Shown one piece after another: positions 56,340-64,000 of a stretch of DNA of 64,000 nucleotides. Origin of the DNA: Neophaeotheca triangularis (taxonomy: Eukaryota); assembly GCA_054600435.1 (NCBI GenBank), contig BAAIJX010000015.1:186001-250000 (forward strand), written 5' to 3'. Under the pieces are notes generated by a model, which did not search any database, was not told where the DNA came from, and saw only the letters and a list, made by a program, of their open reading frames with translations. Made by a program: the position numbers and the translations under genes. Within the stretch, counting starts at the first letter, position 1, and each line of letters opens with the position of its first letter.

Positions 56340-56851
56340 TTTTGCCCTTTTTTTTTTTCTCGCATATAGCTTAAACCAGTTCTTCTCTTTTTATTCTCGT
56401 AAGAACTTGGTCACGTTAAAAGCGTATGAACTTGTATAGGCAACAGGATTTACGGGGGGTAAGAAGTAGCTCTTCTACGTGCTTCTGTTACTTTTCCGTC
56501 GGTTACAATACACCATATGCAAGCAGAGCAGCTCTTTCAGGAGAGAGGTCGCCGACGGAGTCTTAAGTTTACAAGCTGAAAGCGATAAAATGCATGGGAG
56601 CCTAGGATTGAGACGTCTCTAATGGAATACTCTCCTATATGTCTATCCCCTAACTATTAAAATAGATAGTCAGGCTAGAACATCGAAAATCGCAGGTCGA
56701 GGTTCTTCTGGCTAGGTAACTATAACAAGGAAGTAGGTTGTCTAGTACTATAACTAAACCGACATGAAAAGCGCTCTAACCCCCACGACTTATGTATGAT
56801 TCAGAAAAGCAAGACTAGAAGGTATTTAGAAAAGAAAAAAAAAAGACAAAA

Positions 56852-56970
56852 ACATACAACAGGTGGGATTCCCACGTGGTCACCCACCGTAGTACTAGTC
56901 ACCCGCTTCAGTGCTTGAATATGGCAGAGCGGACGGGATGCCTTAGATTCACTGAGCTGTGGTCGTATGT
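56852..56970 (-). rRNA. 5S rRNA gene (right copy, identical to the left)
   Basis: Exact reverse complement of 56221-56339, with its own oligo-T terminator (A-run at about 56828-56852). Confidence 0.93.
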
Positions 56971-57384
56971 ATCAATTCTCGTGTAGTTTCGAATATAACC
57001 TATCAACAATTTGCGATGGTAGGAGGTAGCACTGCTCGAGCTCACGCGGCTAGCGGGTGACAGCAGTGGCTTCGTAGGCTTCCACATCTAACATTCAAGA
57101 GGTGTGGAGAACTGCTAACACTTGGAAATTGCCACACGCTAACATGGTCTTACTGCTCGACAAGATTGGCAAAAAAGACTGATCGAAGAGAGACGATGGT
57201 GATAATACAGTTTTCGTTGCTATGTAGGGCTATTGCCCGGCCCCTTCCCTTGAAGAGCTCTTGCAGCCGAGTAGTATTCGCATTATCATAGTTTTTCTCC
57301 GCCTTGCACCGTCATCCAATGTTACAGAAACCCGTCAAGCGTATCATCAAGCACCGGCATCTACCCTAGTCGTCACATCCATCT

Positions 57385-60300
57385 TCAGTGACTAGGAGCA
57401 TGTAGCTTCAGCTTCTTGGTCGGTCCGCCCACGCCAGCCTCCGAATCGAGCGGCGTAGTCACCTCCGAGACAATTTCAGGAGTATCATCGCCTGTAAGGT
57501 CCACAGCATTGCCGCTGCCGGTAGCCAGCTTCGTCGTAGCAGGCCTGCCAGAGCTGGAAACGAGCTTGAGACCCTTGGGCAACGGCTTCTTGGCAGCCTC
57601 AACGTCGCGGCCCTGAGCTTTCAAGAACTTCTTGTACCGCTTCTCAATAGCCGTCTTCTCCAGCATCGTGAGCTTCAGATCCTCAGGGTCCAGCTCCCAG
57701 TGCTCGACACAAGAGGGGCACTCGACAAAGTACGCCTGATCGACGGGCCCAAACTTGAGCATCTCGAACTCGGGGAGCGTGTCGCCGAGGAGCCTCGCCT
57801 TGTTCCAGTCCAGGCAGTCCTCGCAGTAGCCGCGCTCGCACCAACGGCAGCGGTACAGCATACCTCCGGCTTCGGCGGTCTTGCTGCTGCAGTCGGCGCA
57901 TTCGTGTTGAGGGCAGCGGAACATGGCGCCCTTGGCTTTGACTTTGAAGTCTGCATTGAGGCATTTGGTGTGGTATGCGCGAGGGCAGCCGTTGCACAGT
58001 ACGATGGAGCCACCATCCCAGCAGACAGCGCAATGTTCTTGGTGGTTGATAGGTTCCTTTTTGACTTTGACGGGCTCGGCAAGACGAGGGTCTTTGCCGC
58101 CCATGGTGGGCACGGCCTCCCAATCTGCGCAGCTGATCGATTCTTTGCTGATAGCATAGCCGTCGATCATGACTGTCGTGTTCTTCCCGAAGCGACGGTC
58201 CGCGCGAAGCATGTCTGGAGAGGTTTCTGCACCAGCTTTTCCAATTGTCTTTTGATGCTTCTTTCCCTCAAACACAGCGCTCTCGACCCTTTCCATCTGG
58301 TTCAACCACTCTTGCTCCTTTTCTTCAGCGCCGCCTTGAGCATCTTCCTGGCCGTGAGCGTCGTCGTGGCGATCCTTGCACTTGTCGAGCGTTGTCTCCC
58401 AGTCCCAGCTTATCATCTCCGTGGGGTCTATCTCAGGCCCGGAAAGTGTTTGAGCGCCACGTCGGATCAGTGACTTTAGCTGCGACGCACCGAGCTGCGG
58501 CGCATCGTCGTCCAGAGCGTCAGAGACAGGGCCTCTTTTCCTCTTCTTGCTCGTGCCGTCGTCACCGTGAATATTCCTCATACTCTCCGTGATTTTGGCA
58601 GAGAGATAGAGCTTCTTGCGGATGCGGCCCATCATCTGCTCTTCGACTGTGCCTTGAGTGCAAAGCTTGTACACCGTGACCTTCTGCGTCTGACCAATTC
58701 TGTGACTGCGAGCCTCCGCTTGTACAGTCACCTGAGGGTTCCAGTCCTCATCCATGAAGACCACGTCGCTGGCGGAAGCCAAGTTGATGCCAAGGCCACC
58801 CGCGCGGGTGGAAACGAGCATGATCTTGTAGTCGCTGGTCAAATCATTGAACATGCGAATACCGAGGTTGCGCTTCGCGCGGCCGGTTGAGCCATCGAAT
58901 CGAAGATAACGCAGCCCTGCGCCCCGGCCGTTGAAGCCCTTGAGCGCAAGCAGGTCCTCAACCAAGTTCAGAGTTGTCGTCCAGCCTGCGAAGATCAAAA
59001 TCTTCTTGCCCTTCTTCACGACGAGCTCCTCAACCAGCTTGTCCAGAACAATGAACTTGCCAGAAGCTGTCTTGATGTGATCTCCCAGATAGTATGGCTC
59101 GGGAGCGGCGCCAGGGAGGATGTAGGGGTGCGAGCAAGCTTTGCGAAGTTGGATAATCAGATTCATCAAGCGACGCCAGTCAGAAGTATCCTTGGAGACC
59201 TCTTCGTTTTGTACGGCCTGCTCCATTATCTCCTTTGACTCGGCCCAGACGTCATCAACGGCGTCAGTGGCCTGTCTGGCTTCGTTGAGCTTCTTCTCGG
59301 CTTGCTCCAGTAGAGCAATCTGCTTGTCGTCCTGACCCTCGTTCTCAAGAGCTTTTAGCTCCTTCTCTTTGGCACCCTTGAACAGCTCGTCCATCACTCC
59401 ACCACCGGCTTTGGTCAAGAGGCGCATGTACCAGAACCGTTGCATGGGAGTAAGCGGCACGTAGAGCAGGATCTCTTCTTTTGGCGGCAAGCCGAGGTTT
59501 ACTCCTGGACTTGATTTCATGCGCCTGAGCATGACAAGCTCAAGGAGGGTACGAGCGTCATCCATAAAGGAGGTGGACACTTTGCCCTTTGTGAGGTTGA
59601 AGGCGTTGCTGAACAGATCGGAGGTGTTTGCCGAGAACACATCAGGATAGAGCCAGTGTAGCAGAGCCCACATCTCGTGGAGGTTGTTTTGTAGAGGTGT
59701 GCCAGTGAGCAGGAGCCGGTATTCAGCAGCCAAGCCTTGCAGTGCGCTCGACACGTTCGACTTGTCGTTCTTGATTTTGTGGCCTTCGTCCAGAACGCAG
59801 TAGCGCCAGACGAAAGCATGCTTAAACCATCGTTGTTCGGACGTGAAGGTCTCGTATGTGGTAACCACGATGTCGACAGGCTCAGTGACCACAGCCGCAG
59901 GTTCTGCCGAAGCATTGGCCTTCCCACTGGCACCCTTGCTGTTCTTGGACGGGCCCGTCACGTTTCCATAACGGTCGGTTCTTCCCAACACGTAGAGCTT
60001 CAGCCGTTCGCGCTCCTCCTTAGGTCCGTGGAAACGAATGACATTCATGTTGGGCGTCCATTTCTTCGCTTCGTTGACCCAGCTAGAGAGCACGCTCAAA
60101 GGACAGACCACCAGGTGGGGACGATTCTCTCCAACCTTGGGCTCATTTTCCTTCAAATACGCAAAAAGCGATAGTGTCTGCAACGTCTTTCCAAGACCCA
60201 TCTCGTCACCAAGGATCGCAGACATGCCGTTGTTGTACATGTGCACTAGGAAAGAGAGACCTTGCAGTTGATATGGCTTCATTGTGGCCTGAACGCTGGC

Positions 60301-61066
60301 CGGCTGGTCGGTGAGCGTACGGTAGGCAGTGAGAACAGAACCTTTATCGTCGTCCGTGTCATGGAGACGCTGAAGCTTGTCGATGTAATTGTTATCAGGC
60401 AAGAGGGGTAGGAAGTATTCCTTGTTGGCGAGGAGGAATGCTTCACGTTTTGGCTTCGTGTGGTCTTCGATGTCGCGGCGGACCAGGGTGCGCGCCGTGT
60501 CCGGTTTTGAGGATGCCTTTTTCGCCTTGTCGGGACGAGTGTCGGACTTGAGAAGCGGGCCTTTCTTCTTCGGTCCCTTTTTCTTCTTAATTGGACGCTT
60601 GGGAGTAGCGTAGCTCTGGTACGATGTTGTCGAACGCTGTGGACGTCCTGTCGAGGGGCGTGGCGTGACTGTGAATCTGGTCAGTCAAAGTCGGATGAAA
60701 GGGGCTAAGGTATTATTTGATAGGCTTACCGATGATGGTGTCTTCATCCTCGTCTTCTTCATCCTCGTCATCCGAGACGTCTTGCTGCTCTGGAGCTGGA
60801 GTTTGTGGCTCCGAATAGGAAGATTTGGCAGGCGAAGGAGCCGGGGACCCGGAGCCGTCAGACTCTGCATAGGAAAAGGCAGGCTTCTGGCGCAAAGCCT
60901 GGGCGATGTTTTTGGAACGCTCCATCCTTTTCTTAGAATCAGGAGACTGGTGTGCGCCAAAGGATGCCAGAAGGTCGGACATGCGTGGCGGCGCTGGTGG
61001 GCGGACTTCAATGAGTCTACGCCGCTTTGTTGGGGGTGAGGTCGCAAGCTGGAGCTCGTCGTCCAT
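57385..61066 (-). CDS. SNF2-family (ISWI-like ATPase core) chromatin remodeller with C-terminal PHD-type zinc fingers
   Basis: Exon 61066-60730, intron 60729-60669, exon 60668-57385. Motifs LGDEMGLGKT, DEGH, LLTGTPLQNN, STRAGGLGINL and ARSHRIGQ, then CAVCWDGG..CNGCPRAYHTKC..CPQHECADC..CRWCERGYCEDC. Confidence 0.9.
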
Positions 61067-61430
61067 TGGAGCAAGTGCGGGCGACAGCAAACTTGAGCAA
61101 GAAGTGGATGGAGTAGACTACATCAATCCCCAGATTGTTCACTTGGCTTTGCCTTCTTCACTTCTGCTTTGCGATGTCTGAAGCTTAAGGTTCAATAACT
61201 GGGCGAGCGCTGGGAGGCTTCACTTTTTCACTTCGATCCGTCGCTGGTTTGCCAACCCCTTGGATCGGATAATGCTGCCTTTCGAATTCAAGACTTCCTG
61301 TCAGCCTTGCACACCAATTTTGTGAGCCAGATATGGAGCGAGTACTGGGGTTGATGATGTGCGGTGTGTTGTTCTAAATCAACAATGAGTCGAGTCCTAA
61401 TGGAAGTATCGGGTTCACTCCCCTTCGGCG

Positions 61431-61472
61431 ACGCGTCTCGCGTCAAGGAGACTTGTAGATGGCTGCACGCGA
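61431..61472. promoter_or_regulatory. MCB-like cluster upstream of the SNF2-PHD gene
   Basis: ACGCGT at 61431-61436, TCGCGT at 61438-61443 and ACGCGA at about 61467. Confidence 0.5.
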
Positions 61473-61759
61473 ATTTTGTCTTATCGTCTATCTTATCTTA
61501 TCTTCTAGCTTCGTTTCTAGAACAATCGCCTAAATCTGGCGTTTCGACGCCACGATGAGGATTGGAAGCATTGGGCTTTACTCCTTACTACTTGACCTAA
61601 CAGGCCTCACCAGCTTTTCGGGCAAGGATCATATATACGTCTTGCTACGACATGATATGCTCAAAACCGTTACTACGTAAATAGACTTTTCGGCGACATC
61701 AAAGTGCGCCAGTCAACGCGCAAAACATGGCCTCCTCACCATTCCGTCGCTTGCATTAC

Positions 61760-64000
61760 CTAGACATCCTTGACCATTCTGGCTCCGGCCCAGACGTAGG
61801 GGTAGTTCCTCTGATACCAGTTGATGCTGTGCAGGAAGCGTTAGCGCCACGCTTCTCCGCTTAGTAGCGTAAGGATATGCACTTACAAAGTCTTCCTCCC
61901 GGCGATCCTGGGGTGCGTGGCCCAGCTACCTCCGAGCACGACGTTGTGCTTGCCGTCGTAAAAGTCTGCAGAGTAGGCTGGGTACAGCTTCATGGGCTCG
62001 AAACCCGGACGTTGCGTGAGAGGGGTGCTCGTCCACTCCCATAGTCCTCCCATCTCGCCTTGCCCGGCCAGCTTGTTGCCGGCAGAGCTGACGGGCATGG
62101 GGTGCCAGTGCTTGAATCCCACGTTTGCGCTGTCGAGGTTGGCAAAGAGGGTGTTTGGGTCGGGCGTGCTGGCAACCTTGGACCCAGTGACCGAGGGAGG
62201 GGGGGATGGCGGTGACTCTTGCACGCCGTCGTTGACGAGATGACTGGGAGCATGTGTTAGTGATGACGAAGGCAACGCCATGACTGCTTCCTAACTCACC
62301 CATTGACTGCCGGGATCGTCTTCCCGAGAGCCTTGGCTACTTCCTTCTTCTTGATGCTGTCAGTGTAGAAGTAGATGCTGCGTGTTTCTTCCAATGTTGG
62401 GATGCGGCCTCCAAAGTACTGAGCGCAGCCGGAGAGTTCGTCGTAAGAGGCTGACACTGGCCACTCAAGGGTGTATTTTAGGGGTACAGGACCGTAAACG
62501 GTTCTGACAGCCTTGCCGTGGAGGTAGTCCTCGAGCTCGCTCGTACCGTTCACGCCGTTGACCTCCCCATTCACACCATTCGCAGCTTTCGGCTCGTACC
62601 ACGAAGCGGGAAGTTGCTCAATCTTGGTGGCACGTAGATACTCAGCGTATTCGCCATTGGTAATAGGGCGACCTTTCGCCTTGAATGCAGGAACTTCGAA
62701 TGTCCTCGGAGGCTTCTCGCAATCCCATCCGAAGTGACGCAGCTGATCATCAGCAGTATCAGGGTCATCGATGCCTTCTTGAAAGCTCTGCTGCGGAATG
62801 TCGAACCATTCGTTCTCGGTAGTCGCCAGCCTTGCTTGTTTAGCTAGTTCCTCGAAATCAGGCTTGGTCGTCCCAACGGGCGGCAGTGTCTTCTCGCTCT
62901 GCACCAGCATGTAAAGGAGGGTTTCCAGATGCATGGCCTCATGTTCGAGACCGAGCCACAGCACTCGGCCCGTCCATGGCTCGCTGTAGGCCTGGCCAGT
63001 GGTGTAGAAGCTGGTGACTCTCTCTCTGACCCTGTCTTGGAATCCAAGCATCTCTTCAAGGGGTGGCCACGAATCCGGGATCTCGCTATGAGCGTGGCAG
63101 TCCTCCGGGTTGTCGACATCGGGATCGATGCCACGTTCGAAGATGTTATAGTAATGGCTGGGCTCGGTTGGCTTTCCGCCAGTGCCTTCAGTAATCTTCA
63201 TGTCCAGGAAGGTAGGGATGTGACCTAAGTAGAAGATGCATGCATTGCGGAGTTTGATCGGCTTGGAGCCCAATTCCTCTTCTGGGATCATATGGCGAGT
63301 CACGCAGTCCCAGGCCCTCCATATGGCTTGCCACTCTGCCAGACTTGGTACCGGGTGGCCTGCGTACTCTTCTGGCCTGGTCGGGAACATGACATCCGGT
63401 TTGTTCAGCATGTGCAGAGCTTTGCAAATATGTTAGCATCCACCAATAACTACAATCGCTGGCCAAACTCACCATAGTCACCGGTCCTGTTCGCCCATTT
63501 CTGTCCGTCAACGACCCCCGCCTCTCGCCACAGACTGTCAGACTGTTCTGTGTTGTATTTGTAACTTTCTTCAATACGGATCATTTCGCCTTGTTTCAAG
63601 GCCACACCATCAATGGTGACATCGCGACGTGGCACAACGAAAGCCTGATGTTTCCCACCCTTCTCGTCGTACTTACCCGCGGCTTCCCAATCATCAAGCT
63701 TGAATGCCTCCTCCCCCATGATCTCGTTCGCATGCTTCAGCCCGTTCAAGGTAAACCTATGAGTCGTGCCTTTACTGTCATTGTAGGCCTTGTACACAGT
63801 ATCTGGGTCTTGGCAGGCGTCCATCCCAAAGATGAGCGAGTCTCGGGGTTCGAGTACGTCGGCAAACTGTTTCACGAAACCCACGGCTTCATCTCGTGGG
63901 AAGTTCCCGATGCTGGAACCCATCGAAAGAATGGTCTTCGGCCTTGGTGCGTTCTCTGGTCGCTTCATCCATTCAAGACCATCGTCGTAAGTCCCGAGCA
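61760..64000 (-). CDS. EGT1: Ergothioneine biosynthesis protein 1 (histidine methyltransferase fused to sulfoxide synthase); 5' end outside the window
   Basis: EgtD motifs MGSSIGNF, AYNDSKG and IEESYKY; EgtB motifs FYLGHIPTF, RGIDPDVD, HEAMHLETLLYM, GGLWEWTS and GGSWATHPR..NWYQRNYPY. Introns 63472-63420, 62299-62244 and 61886-61827. Confidence 0.95.

Noticed and set aside
56221..56970. Ordinary MITE with 124-bp TIRs
   Set aside because: The repeats are complete 5S genes with terminators and equivalent upstream TATA elements, and no target-site duplication is visible.
55090..64000. Hemerythrin plus EGT1 as a redox gene cluster
   Set aside because: Separated by 5S genes and an unrelated remodeller, and no EGT2 or transporter is visible in the window.

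Overview
Gene-dense, intron-poor chromosomal segment of a filamentous ascomycete. Evidence: GT/GC-AG introns with CTRAC branch points, dispersed 5S genes and RIP-like intergenic DNA; a Dothideomycete source is only a guess. It holds 19 protein-coding genes, two of them cut by the window edges. In order: PRRC2-like low-complexity protein, NADPH-P450 reductase, Amt/Mep transporter, NDUFS4, ATP17, an RBMS/MSSP-type RRM protein, a GT2-like protein, GNT1, Pol32/Cdc27, tubulin cofactor D, TAO3/PAG1, ESF2, PRP22, SNG1-like protein, a TBC RabGAP, a Cys-rich TM-SH3 protein, a hemerythrin-like protein, a SNF2-PHD ATPase and EGT1. The most striking non-coding structure is a pair of identical, sequence-divergent but structurally intact 5S rRNA genes in convergent orientation. 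They form a perfect 124-bp inverted repeat around a TpA-rich spacer of about 0.5 kb, and each has its own TATA at -27. Also notable: a 307-bp TA-flanked MITE with 30-bp perfect TIRs, a recurrent intergenic TAGGTA/TACCTA motif, an ATP17 that appears to lack a presequence and has a GC-AG intron and a 15-nt micro-exon, and an AUG-free spliced leader open in frame with the RRM gene. Exon structures were read by eye and no database searches were run.
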